Positions 48,110 to 60,467 of a stretch of 64,000 nt of DNA are shown in pieces (the stretch's first letter is position 1; every line of letters starts with the position of its first letter). This stretch comes from Eledone cirrhosa (taxonomy: Eukaryota): contig OZ024741.1 in the NCBI GenBank assembly GCA_964016885.1, forward strand, positions 139,686,001 through 139,750,000. Reading direction: 5' to 3'. The notes below the pieces were generated by a model, which searched no databases, was not told the origin of the DNA, and worked only from the letters and a program-made list of their open reading frames with translations. The translations under genes were made by a program, and so were the position numbers.

Positions 48110-49333
48110 TAAAAGATCGAAGTCCATATTTAGTTGATTCAGGTTTATTTAAATCTCCGTTATACTTATTTCACTAAGGACTATCAATTATGATAGCCTG
48201 AGCTCTTCAGACGTCAAAACCTAAAATAAATATAGAAAGTTCCCAAGTATCCTTTAAATTTTGAAAAATCTCATAATTCCCCCGAAAAAAGATGTCTTCG
48301 TGATACAGGGGGGCGGCCGAACCCGTGGTTTCTTTCTTTGACGGCCGGTCCCATTGACCCCAAGAGCTTTGGCAGAAATGCTAGTTAGTTTAGGAAGTTA
48401 CGAAAAAGGTTGGTAGCCCTTCTTTCTCCCCTCCCTATCTTTAACTGATGTAATAGTAATCTCAGCGGCTGCTATAGTAGTAGTGACAGCCAACTCCGCC
48501 CGGACATACCCTTTATATATCGTAAGATTTCATTCTGACGTTCTGCTCATCGAGTGCTTGAGTCTCCGGAGAGGTGGGGAATCGGACAACTGGGTGTAAT
48601 CCGTGAGCTTGATCAAACGGGGACCTAGCTAGGAATACGGCTATCATGCTTCTATCAATTTAAAACCAGTTAAACTAACTATACAACATCTACGCTACAC
48701 ACTCTGACTTGTGGCCTAGGCATACAAGCAGCTTTTCCTTATCTTTAGTTCTCTTCACTATAAATGTTTTAAAACTATAATTATAATCATATCTTTCCTA
48801 CATACATTTCCCTTTAATATAATTCTACCACTTGTTCTTAATTAATTGGTTTATTTATTGTATTTTAATCTATTTTTATATTAATGATTTTGGAATTGGC
48901 TATAATATTCAGAGTTGTTGAAGACCTGTACAAAATATGTGTCTTTTGTCACTGCTATTATAGTAGCCGCTGAAACTACTACTATAGCAGCTACTGGTAG
49001 AGAGGGGAGGGAGAAGGGCTACCAACCGTTTACTTTACTTCCTAAATTAAGCAGCAATTCCTCCAAAACTATTTGGGTCATTCAGGGCCCGGCCGTCGAA
49101 GAAACAAAATCACGCTCTCGGCCGGCTCTCTGTATCATGAAAAAAAAACAATCTTTTACAGGGAAATTATTAGATTTTTCCAAATTTAAAGGATTCGTAG
49201 GAATTTTCTTTGTTTAATTTACTATGTGAAGAGCTCAGGCTATCATAATTGATAATCCTCAGTGAAATATGTATAACGGATATTTAAATAAACCTGAATC
49301 AACTGAATATGGCCTTCGATCTTTTATTAATAT
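48103..49333. mobile_element. Diverged fold-back element (family D) with hammerhead motif
   Basis: Arms ~48103-48490 / ~48945-49333. Minus-strand 48158-48213 reads cgt-CTGAAGA-gctcaggctatcataattgatagtccttagt-GAAA-taagta-TA-acg. Confidence 0.8.
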
Positions 49334-49334
49334 A

Positions 49335-49770
49335 CTAGCAGAATTGTCCGGCGTGGCTCGGGATTTGCTCTAGGGTTCTTATATATTTGATATATATTTA
49401 TCCGTATCGAGCCTCTTCTAATAAATGCGTTCGTTCATATTTTGTTATTGTGTATGCAAAAATATCTGTACACAAATATATAATATTAAAATAACAGATT
49501 AAAGTTTAAGCAAATAATCTCTGCTTTCACCCTTAACGGGATCTTCTGAAACTAAAAAAATCAATCTGTGAACGCAGAAGTAAATATTTCGGAAAAAGTT
49601 ACACACTATATATATATATATACACACACTATATATACATATATACACACACACACATATAGCGTCATAATGTCGTAATGAAGACAGCCAGACATACAGA
49701 CAGATATTATAAGACCGCAACGTTATATCTATGTATCTATCTAAAAAGAAAGACTAAGAATTATAGAGAG
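49335..49770 (-). mobile_element. Non-autonomous Helitron fragment (3' end)
   Basis: Minus strand ends with a cccgagccacgccgg hairpin followed by CTAG|T. The body matches 53410-53790. Confidence 0.8.
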
Positions 49771-49944
49771 ATCGCTAAATCACCTAATGCAATCTCGAGC
49801 GCATTGGAATATTGAAATTGTTTTTGTTCAAAACATTCACACGACCATAAGTATGACATGGGTAAAGGTTGAAAACAATTGGTTGGGTGTTTCTCGAGTT
49901 TTAGGGAGTCAGACAGACATACATTCTCTGTTTTAGCTCTATAG

Positions 49945-50020
49945 ATAATTGTTTCTATTTTAGGCACAAGGCCAGCAATGACACAGTGCATTACTGGTAC
50001 TTTATTTTATCGACCCCGTA
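49945..50020 (-). mobile_element. SINE 3' fragment
   Basis: aggcacaaggccagcaat...actggtactttattttatcgaccccg, same family as 40111. Confidence 0.75.
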
Positions 50021-50254
50021 CAGATAATGCTGTCTTGTCCCATTTATACAAGTCGTTGAGCGTTTCTTTTTATCTGCTTCACAACCGACAGACCATACCA
50101 TGGTGTGATCCGCACATTCCTGTTCTGTTAACCACTTACTATAGATATAAATATATATATATATATAGGAACCAGTAAGACCCCGACGGCTGAGCTCAAA
50201 CCGTTTCGACGGCTAATTCTGTACAGAATTAGCCGTTGAAACGGTTTGAGCAAG

Positions 50255-50402
50255 GACTGGGGATTCCTTTCTTCGTTTCTGTGCCTTTCCTTTCTTCTAT
50301 CCTACGCCATTTTGTTTCTGTGTGTGTGTTGTGTGCTCAGTTTGCGCATGCGCTACATCCGGGTGTCTGTGTGTGTTTGTGTTCATTTTTCTATTTTTCT
50401 AT

Positions 50403-50433
<31 letters not shown>

Positions 50434-50815
50434 CTATTTGTTTATTTATTTATTTATTTATTGTTGGTTGGTTGTTTGTTCTATGTGTGTGTGTGTTTTC
50501 ATTTTGTCCTGTGTGTGTTTTCATTGTGCGTGTGTTTTCAATTGTAAGTCGTTTGTTCTATGTGTGTGTGTGTTTTCATTTTGTCCTTAATTGTAAGTTG
50601 TGATGTTGTGGAACCAACCAACCAACAAGAAATTTGTAAGTTTGTGGATTTGTAAATTTGTAAATTTATAAATTTGTAAATGTATAATAAATTGAAGTGA
50701 AAGCAACTGGTGCGTGTGTTTCTTATTGGCAACATGACCCTCCCAAAGTATAACAATATCGGTTTCAACACACGATTTCAGATAAAGAATCTTGCTAAAC
50801 AAATTCAGAAACGAA
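50255..50815. mobile_element. Chimeric family B remnant (antisense 3' UTR joined to sense terminus + tail)
   Basis: 50255-50605 matches the reverse complement of ~46495-46715. 50605-50815 matches the 46780-46953 terminus. Confidence 0.8.
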
Positions 50816-50820
50816 ATATA

Positions 50821-50908
<88 letters not shown>

Positions 50909-50915
50909 TATAGAT

Positions 50916-50947
<32 letters not shown>

Positions 50948-50950
<3 letters not shown>

Positions 50951-51218
50951 GAGGGAAAGGTGGTGGGGAACCAGGTGGACCATAACGCGCCAAAGTGCTC
51001 AATACTTGGGGTAGTAGGGTGGGTAATGGGAGTAAGTAAGACCCCGACGGCTGAGCTCAAACCGTTTCGACGGCTAATTCTGTACAGAATTAGCCGTCGA
51101 AACGGTTTGAGCTCAGCCGTCGGGGTCTTACTGGTTCCTATTACCCACTCTACTACCTCAAGTATTGAGTACTTTGGTGCGTTATGGTCCACCTGGTTCC
51201 CTACCACATTTCCTTCGT
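50948..51218. mobile_element. GC-rich ~270-bp palindrome (family H) in (TA)n
   Basis: Centred on tgtaca (51081-51086). The inner ~50 bp per arm are perfect and the outer arms are imperfect. Confidence 0.85.
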
Positions 51219-51275
51219 TATATATATATATATATATATATATATGATATAAATATATATATATATATATATATA

Positions 51276-51365
<90 letters not shown>

Positions 51366-51411
51366 AAAAAAAAATAAGACGTCAGTTGCATTTTCGATTT
51401 CATCTCCTTTT

Positions 51412-51522
<111 letters not shown>

Positions 51523-52079
51523 TGTGAGTGTGTGTGTGTGACCGTGTGTCTGTGTGCGTGTGTGTGTGTGTATAGTTAATAAATGAAACAAAACGAGTGT
51601 AAACATATAGTTATATTAGGTTTACGTTTGGAGGCAGTGGAGGTGGTTCACCCTTTTGGGGAGAATACCTTCATATGTTTATATATACATGTTCAAATCG
51701 GATATATTATTGTGAACTATATCAGATTCTAAACTATATTACAAGCATACAATTCGAAATAATTATATTCGCAACGCCAAACAGATGCATGCTCACACTT
51801 CTATTTATATAAACTTCTAATCGACATTTGTGTTGCTGTGTTCAGTCATTTGACTGCCACCTGCTGCGGCATCGGCCTGAAAGACTTTATTCATCATATC
51901 GACCACAGTATGTATTTTTCAATTCTGGTACTTATCAAAATCTATATATTTTGGTCTAACTGTTATTTACAAGACATAAAACAGATATGCATGCGCACTC
52001 ATGCACAACCATACCTGAGCTTATATACATCAATAAAATCGCACACACACACACATATACAAGCACACACATACATACA

Positions 52080-52135
<56 letters not shown>

Positions 52136-52142
52136 CACACAC

Positions 52143-52173
<31 letters not shown>

Positions 52174-52461
52174 ATCATACACACCTGTGTACATTTATTT
52201 ATATATATATGTCTATATATATATATATATATGTATCAGAATGTTGTAATTTGCATAAAGCAATTTGAATAATTTTGAAAACCAAACAAAGCACTAGATA
52301 TTTAATTAACATTGATAAGATAACAAAAGAATCTTACCTTAACAAATTTAATAAACCCATATATTTTCGGGTTTAAAAACCTATTATGAAGGGAATATCC
52401 ATGTGAGAGACTTAAACGCCCCATCGGTGTCGACTTGTTTGGAAGGCAGATGTATGTTAAA

Positions 52462-53992
52462 CTAGCAGAATGGCCCGGCGTTGCTCGGGCTTCTGAAACA
52501 TAGATTGGCATGTTTATCCTTCCTTTCTGAAACAGTACAGAGAAGTACGGAATACTTCGGCATGGGGATGGTGTCTACATTTTGTGATTAGGCAAATCAT
52601 TTTCCATTATGATTTTTCAAAAGCATGTAATTGCGTTCCCTCTCTTTTTTTGTTTTTGTTTTTGTTGCTGTTGGTGTGATAGCAGCCGTTGGTCGTAATA
52701 CTAACACAGTCTCGTCCTTCTTCAGCCAATGGTGTATCTCCCCTTCTGTCTCCTCTACCTAAACAGTGCTTGTAGCACCTCCTTCTATACAATGTTCCTT
52801 GTTCTTCCGTGTCGGGCATATGCAAAGAGATGTGTCTTGCTTCCCACTCGTAGGCAGCCAACGTATAGTTGCCCGTGTGTAAAACATGACTTTTCCCAAA
52901 GAAGACCAGTAACAGCTATGGTCTGATCCTGGGATATGTTGATAGACATTGCAAAGCTGATACGGTTCGGCGAATGGTTCGTTGGTTGTCTGTTTCAAGT
53001 GCTCTTCTGGTGGCAGTACGTTTAGCATCTTGCGAGCGTCGAACAGAAGATTTCACTGACGATTCGTTTGCCCGCCTTGTTCTTTTCCTTGCCGCTTTCG
53101 CAGTATTTTGGCCAATGGAGTATCTCCTCGAGGCATGACCTAAGCGGCATGACCTAAAAGCAGGACCTAAAAGCAGGACGAGGTACACTAAAACTAACTG
53201 TTAGAGTAAGGTGTAAACTCACCTTCGAGGCATAACCTAAAAGCAGGACGAGGTACACTAAGACTAACTATTAGAGTAAAGTGTAAACTCACCAGCGATG
53301 CATGTGATTTCCGAACCGTTGACTATGTAATTGCTGGTCTTGTGCCAAATGTATTGGGACTTTTTGGGTGGCATATCGGCAGTAACAATGACGATAAGCC
53401 AACTGTGCTTTCGTTAAATAAATAAGTTCATTTATATTTTGTTTTTGTGTATGCAAAAATATCTGTACACGGATATATAATTATATATATATATTAAAAA
53501 AAAGAATTGCTTTCAGCCTTAACCGGATCTTCTGAAACTAAAAAAATCAATCTGTGAACGCAGAAGTAAATATTTCAAAAAACGTTGCAACCGAAGGAAA
53601 ACAGGAAGACGATACTTTGGTTCGTGAAGACGCTCTCTGGCAATGAACGGAAAATAGCGAAGATAATACGTCAGCAATGAGAACAATTGTTGTCATAATG
53701 TCGTAATGCAGACAGTCAGACATACAGACAGATATTATAATGGCGCGACGTTATAGCTATGTATCTATCTAAAAAGACAGACTAAGAAAGAGAGACAGAT
53801 CGGTAACCGGTGCCTAACACCCCTTTAACAACAGAAAATTGAAAAATAAAAGCTGCGGTTAATATCTTTAGACCGCAAGGAATATATAAATGTAAGTTTG
53901 AAGTCAATCGGAGTAGAAATGTGGATTTCTACAGACTTTACAAAAATTAGGACACACACACAGACAATTTCAGTTTTATATATATGTATAGA
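52462..53992 (-). mobile_element. Internally deleted Helitron
   Basis: Minus strand: 5' TCtatacatatatataaaa...tgtctgtgtgtgtg, and 3' cccgagcaacgccggg hairpin plus CTAG|T. Carries a helicase C-terminal remnant. Confidence 0.88.
52760..52960 (-). pseudogene. Helitron RepHel Pif1-like helicase C-terminal fragment
   Basis: SFAMSINISQDQTI...CFTHGQLYVGCLRVG...GRTRNIV*KEVL, compared with the Helitron consensus FAMTINKSQGQ / FSHGQLYVA.SRV / TKNIVY.EVL. Confidence 0.85.
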
Positions 53993-54199
53993 TGTATAGA
54001 TGTAATGAAAAGACGTTAAAGTTTCGAACGTGCGCGTTGTGAAATGTCTGCCGAAAGGTGTTATATATGTGCATTTGAGTGCGTGAATGTAAGTGTGCTT
54101 TGTGTGATGTTTGTATGTAAATGTATGTAGTGAAAGGCGTGTGCAAATATGTATATAAGAAAAAGTGAAAATATGTGTGTGATATATGTATGTGTTTGA

Positions 54200-54990
54200 G
54201 TCTAGAATCAGGCCACTGGGATGTTGGAATACAGGCTTTTAAATTAGCCTTTCTGGTGCACTTCTTTTCATTCGATTATTGATCCTAGGTTTTAATTGCC
54301 TGATTAAGAGGACTCCCTTAATTCTCAGCGTTCCTATACTGCGTTCGTTGGCTAAGATTGTGGTGGCAATGTTGTTCCAGTTTCCGCATTTGATGATGTG
54401 TTTGCGGAAGGAAGAGGAGTTGGTGTTAACATGCTCTTTAATGCGGAGATTTACTGGTCGAACAGTACTGCCTATGTAAAATAGATTGCACTTGTTACAT
54501 TCTAGCGTGTATGCTACGTAGGTACGTAGGCTACAATTAGTGTTGCGGATAGTCCTTGCTGGCCACTTTGCGGTTCAATTTGGTGTGGATTTTACCTTCA
54601 TCAGGGATGTTCAGTCTGAAACCCAGTCGAGCGTGGGACCCAGAGTAGGTCGGATATTCAATGCTGAACTTCATGTTATTGTTACCATTATTGAAAGATT
54701 CGAAAATGTTATTGGCATTCTCCTTGTTGGATGTGAGGATGAGTATGTAATCCACATATCTAGTGAAGAAAGCGCAGATGTCGCAGGAGCAGGGTAGTCG
54801 GCGTTAAAGCCTGTTCATATAGAAAATGGCTAGTAAACCCAAGAGGCTGAATCCCACGGGTAGTCCAGAGGTCTGTCGCTAAGTTTGTCCCATGAAGTTG
54901 AAAAAGGTGTAGTTTACAATGATGGAGAGGAGCTGGTAGATGTCGGTTGTGGAGAGGCTGAAACAATCCAGGTTGTTGAAACCGACACAT
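54200..54990 (-). mobile_element. Decayed Penelope-like RT/GIY-YIG fragment (third coding family)
   Basis: Minus strand: YMDYILIL (YVDD-like), MKFSIEYP, YTLECNKCNLFYIGSTVRP...RIKEH, ILSQRTQ...ELRESS. Confidence 0.75.
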
Positions 54991-56821
54991 TCATATATAT
55001 ATATAGAACAAACTTATTTTATTATTACACATATGTATTACTGTCTTCAGTTGTTAGTGAAGTAAAGTTGAAAAATCACATATCTTTACTCTATGGGGAT
55101 ATCAATCGCTTCAATATGATTTGTGCCGTTGTTTTACAAATAACATATTCCATAAAAATGTTTAATTTGGAAATTTAATACGATCGAAATATTTTTGTTG
55201 ATTTCAGCATCTTGACATATGGACAATGTCCATTTCCACTGCATAGTCTGAAATTATTACAAAAACGGGAATCAGCTAAGTCTATAATGCTTGCATAGCG
55301 TTCCTTGCTTTGAAATCCTGAAAAATCTTAAGTGGACTATTGGTTTTAATATTGGAACGATAGACTCACCATATTGAAATAGCGACAGACTTTATTTGCA
55401 TGTGTACATTGCAAGCATTCGGCTCTTCACTCATATTTTGGCTCAAAATAACATGAATTAAAAGTATACTTGAAACGGTTATTAAGGTGTTGTATGCATA
55501 AATAGATTATTATGTTTGTGTCAATATGTGTGTTTGGCCTGAACGCATCGTGAAAACAGTTGAAAAAGGACAAAGTTGAAATAATCCAAGCATTCCCTAA
55601 TGGGGAAACAGTTTTGCTCCGTTCCATGGAAGGGATTGATGCTCTAAGAATTTTATCATAATGTTGTAAAGTCGAGGAGAGCCGATAAGAAGAGATAGAG
55701 ATCCGCATTTAAAGCCGAATCATACGAAAGTAATAACCACACACACATGTACACACATACGAACAAGTGCGTTTCAGTATGCGAAGGCAATATATTACTA
55801 AATAATCGACATGTATAAGACCGATTTTAATCGGTATTTCCGCTTATAGCGATGTAAAAATCTTGAATATTTTCCTCCATTTCAAGTTGCCCCTCGTTAT
55901 TGCATTTATCACAGTCTATAAATGGTACTGAGACCATACTAGGACCCGGTCTCTCTATTTACTATCATAACATCCAGGCAGATGTTTGAGTGAACTCAAG
56001 TCAAGAGATTGGTGGGACCAGGCAGTTTTAGAGGATCACGTTCGAAATTATTGGCAGTTGTTTCAGTGCTTGAAATCATAAACATATGCACGCACACACA
56101 CACACACACATGCATGCACACACATATATACATACACACACATGCACACACACACACACACACACGTATATATATATATGTATATATATTTATACATATC
56201 TCTATGAATGCATGAATGTATGTATGTATCAATAAATGAATGTATGTATAGTCGCTCTTCAGTACTACTGATGACATGTAATTCAGTAGAACCTATGGAT
56301 TTCAGGTCGTCGGTGACTAAACCGGCAACCCCAACAAGCTTGCTTGGTGCGGAGGGTGATTTTGGAAACCCTGGTGGATGAAAAACAAAACTTGTCAAAT
56401 AGCAGAGCATCTCAGGAGATAAAACGGCCATCCAATAAAGTGTGTATATATATTTTTTGTGGAGCGAGAGATTCATAGTGTTCTTTAAAGCATCTCTCTA
56501 GGGAAAGATTACTCTGATATAAAACGTCCGGCTTCGTTTGCATTCTATGATGTTGACCAGTTCCACGTTTGGGGGGGGGGGGGGGGGGGGGTTAATGCAT
56601 TCGGTGACTATCTTTTGCGATTTATGTCCTTGCTGGCTATAGACATGTCCCTGACAGGACTAAAAAGGCATATCCGTGATGCTCATTCTTATGTATTATG
56701 GAAATTGATTTGCAGCCATCATGTATGTATGTATGTGTATTTACGTATGTGTGCGTATGTGTGTTGTTAATATGTATGTATGCAATCTTGGGCATATGTA
56801 CGTGGGAACATATGTATGTAT

Positions 56822-58190
56822 TTGTGAATGTTTGGAATGAAGAAGATGTACCACAGAACTGGAAAGATGCAAAGGAAATGTTGAAAATGATGACTGTGGA
56901 AACTACAGAGTTATTTCTCTGCTACCTGTGGCTGGGAACATCTTGTGTAAGATATTGTTGAACTGGTTGCCACAGCACATTGCTGATGAGGTACTTCCCA
57001 ATGCTGCTTTAGGTGTGACAGAGGTACTGTTTACATGGCCAAATACCTTCAGGAGAAATGCATTGAGCAGCGCATCGACATACACCACGTTTCCATCGAT
57101 CTCACCAACGCATTTGACACTGTAAATCGGATGTCTTTGTGGGTTATTTTGGAGAGATGGGGCTGTCCAGCAAAGTTTGTGAACATACTCAAGCTCTTCC
57201 ACGTTGACATGCATGCATGGGTAAACATCGGATGCAAACTGCCTGAGCCAATCTCGGTTGAAAATGGTTTGAAGCAAGGTTATATACATGCACCAACTTT
57301 GTTTGCCTTGTATTTCGCAATCATGTTTTTCATGGCCTTCAAAGATTGTAAACACGGTATCTATCTCCGATATCGCACTTCCGGCAAGCTGTTCAACCTC
57401 AGGCGTCTCGCTGCTAGCACATAGATCCTGAGTAACTTGATCCGAGAATGTATGTATGCGGAAGAAGTATAGTGTCGTCATGTTCCAGCCTGTTCGGGAT
57501 AAAGCTTTCAGGGAACCCTCCAGATATTTATACGATCAACATTTAAAGGTTGCTGACATATTTGTGTATTTGGGGAGTACTCTGCGTGTGACCTGCTCTC
57601 TAGATAAACAAGTTGGTCTGCGTATTACCAAAACATGTGTGTCATTTGGAAGGCTCAGCGAACGTCTGTGATGCAGGCGAGGAATCGCAATTAAAACCAA
57701 GTTGAACATGTATACCATATGTGTACTGACAGCATTGCTGTATGCGTGTGAGACATTGGTTGCCTACTAACGGCAATACTGGCACGATTTCACCAGCAGT
57801 GTCTCACAAAGATGGTCGGTATCAAGTGGCAGATTCATATCAGTGATATTCATGTCCTTGAAAAAGTGAGTGTCGGAGTATTCAAAGTATTATCAACCAA
57901 CGTCTTTCGCGATAAACCGGGCATCTCTGCAGAATGGAAGATGATCAAATCCCGAAATAGCTTTTTTATGGCAATCTTTGTAAAGTTCAGAAACTACCTC
58001 AGAAGCCAAAGCTTCGATTCAAAAATGTGTAAAGACTCTCTGGTTTAATGGTGGATGATTGAAAGACAAAAGCTATTGAAAGAGAAACGGCGTGGAATGG
58101 TTAATGATTGGGTTTATAATTTTGAGAACAGACGCATAGAGCACGGGAAGATCAAACGAGATGACCTGGTGTATCTCATGAAATGATCAG
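56822..58190 (+). mobile_element. Decayed RTE (BovB-like) LINE
   Basis: VPQNWKDA, ISLLPVAG.ILCKILLN, LQEKCIEQ...IDLTNAFDTV, GLKQG..APTLF, GIYLRYRTSGKLFNLRRL, FVYLGS, RFHQQCL. Confidence 0.88.
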
Positions 58191-58574
58191 CGTCTCCATT
58201 CAACTGGTGTGGCCTGAGTGTGGAAGGATGTGCTTGAGCGCTATGTTCAGACAGAACCAGTGAACTAAGATATCCACCGTATTGAAAGATGTAATAAATT
58301 TGGCAAAGAATGTCGATCTGTAGCATGAGAAGGTGCAAAGACAAGCTGATACAAGACATGATGACAAGGGGATCCATTGTTGTCGTCAATGTACCAAATA
58401 TTGCAAGTCTCTAGCAGGCTTGGAAAGTCATATCCGTCGAACATGTATATTTGACAAGCAATATCAAAACACGCAGAATGAGTTTGCAGCCAACATCTTG
58501 TATGTATGTATTCAATCATGCATATATGTACGTGTGAATCTATGTCTGCCTGTGTGTGTGTACGTATATATATA

Positions 58575-58961
58575 TTTATATATATAAAAGCGATGCTATG
58601 TGTGTGTCTGTGTACAACTTTGCATGCATAAGGCTTTCACAATTACCAACTGAATTTGGCCAAATTTTCTGTGCACGTTGCCCAGGTCGATAAGGTTGTC
58701 ACATCACAAATTTTTTCAAATCGACCCACGTTGAGCAATAAAAAATCGATATCAAATTATCGGTAGCAATATTGATGTAAGGCAGATAACCAACTTTATT
58801 GACAATCCTTATGAAAAAAGGTCGATAACCAGCCTTATTGACAATCCTTATAAATAGACTGCTTATATTGACAGGTTGGGGACAAATAATGTTCTTTTAC
58901 TTCCTAGCTGTATATTCTAGCATAATTTCAAACCCCGAGCAACGCCGGGTAAATCTGCTAG
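58575..58961 (+). mobile_element. Non-autonomous Helitron
   Basis: 5' tatatataaaa...gtgtgtgtctgtg start and 3' cccgagcaacgccggg hairpin plus CTAG|T. Confidence 0.8.
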
Positions 58962-59239
58962 TATATATATATAAATATATATAAAATATCTTCCTTGATC
59001 AATAAATAATTATGTGATGCTGTTTAGCGCTATACATTCTCTCACAACTAGACTCTTCACCAATACCACCGTTATCGGTACCATCATCGTTAAAACCAAC
59101 TAGATTACCACGATCACACTAAAACCAACATCATCACTTCGAAACATCATTCTGTCTGAAGCTTTTGTGCAATGTAATCGCTGTTATTTTCATCACTTCG
59201 CCAATTTCTAACACTATTAACAATATTATTACTATGAAT

Positions 59240-59420
59240 TGGCAGTATCGGTAGAGGGTTGGACGCCATGCTTTCTAGCATAGTTACGTCCCTTTACAGT
59301 CTGAGTTCAAATCCCGCGGAAGTTAACTTTGCCTTTCATCCTTACGGGGTCGATAAAATAAAGTACCAGTAATGTACTGGGTTATTGCTGGCCTTGTGCC
59401 TAAAGTAGACACAATTATTA
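59240..59420 (+). mobile_element. tRNA-derived SINE
   Basis: Same family as 12238 and 20262. Confidence 0.85.
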
Positions 59421-59449
59421 CAACTAACAAGACAAAAAAATGAAAAAAA

Positions 59450-59470
59450 ACATCATCATAATTGTCATCA

Positions 59471-59515
<45 letters not shown>

Positions 59516-59585
59516 ACAACATCATCATTATCAACATAACCATTAGGTCACCATCAACATCATCATAATTATCGACATCGTTATC

Positions 59586-59622
<37 letters not shown>

Positions 59623-59983
59623 TACTCATCACCATCATCATCATCATCATAATAACTATCATCATCAGCAGCACCACCATCATCATCATCATCAACACCA
59701 TCATCATCATCATCATAATCAACATCACCAACATCACCACCATCATCATCATCATCATCATAATCATCATCATCAAACTAATCATCACCATCACCATCAT
59801 CATCATCATAACTATCATCATCAGCAACACCATCATCATCGTCTTCATCATCAAAATAGTCAACATCACAATCATCATACACATCATCGCCATCGTAACC
59901 ATCACCATCTTCATTATTATCACTATCATCATCATCATCGCCAACATCGTCGTTATCGTCAACATCGTCACCATCATCATTAC

Positions 59984-60014
<31 letters not shown>

Positions 60015-60105
60015 AACCATCATCAACCTCTTCATAACCATCATTGTGATCATCATCATCGGCAGCACCACCACTAACAACATCAATATGCTATCATCAT
60101 CATGT
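59450..60105. repeat. Imperfect (CAT)n microsatellite with an embedded (GAA)n
   Basis: Directly visible trinucleotide repeats. Confidence 0.95.
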
Positions 60106-60302
60106 CATTCATTAATTAGGCTAACTTTCCACTAATATTTTCCTGTAATTCACATAATGATATAACAATTTCGTATAATCGATCTAATCATTTGCTCTAG
60201 AAGCCGTCATAACACGCACACACATATACAACTACACATACACATAGAATACACAACAATGCTCAGAAACACACACAAAATACACACGCTTATATATATA
60301 TA

Positions 60303-60340
<38 letters not shown>

Positions 60341-60415
60341 TTACATATTAAGTGTAAATTACCGTATATTGAATTGATAATTCTTTCTTACATACACACA
60401 TATACCAAACTACCT

Positions 60416-60467
<52 letters not shown>

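Noticed and set aside
50792-51247. 151-206 aa ORFs on both strands
   Set aside because: Products of (TA)n plus the family H palindrome.
59543-60086. Poly-Met and poly-Asp ORFs
   Set aside because: Reading frames of the (CAT)n microsatellite, with no splice or domain evidence.
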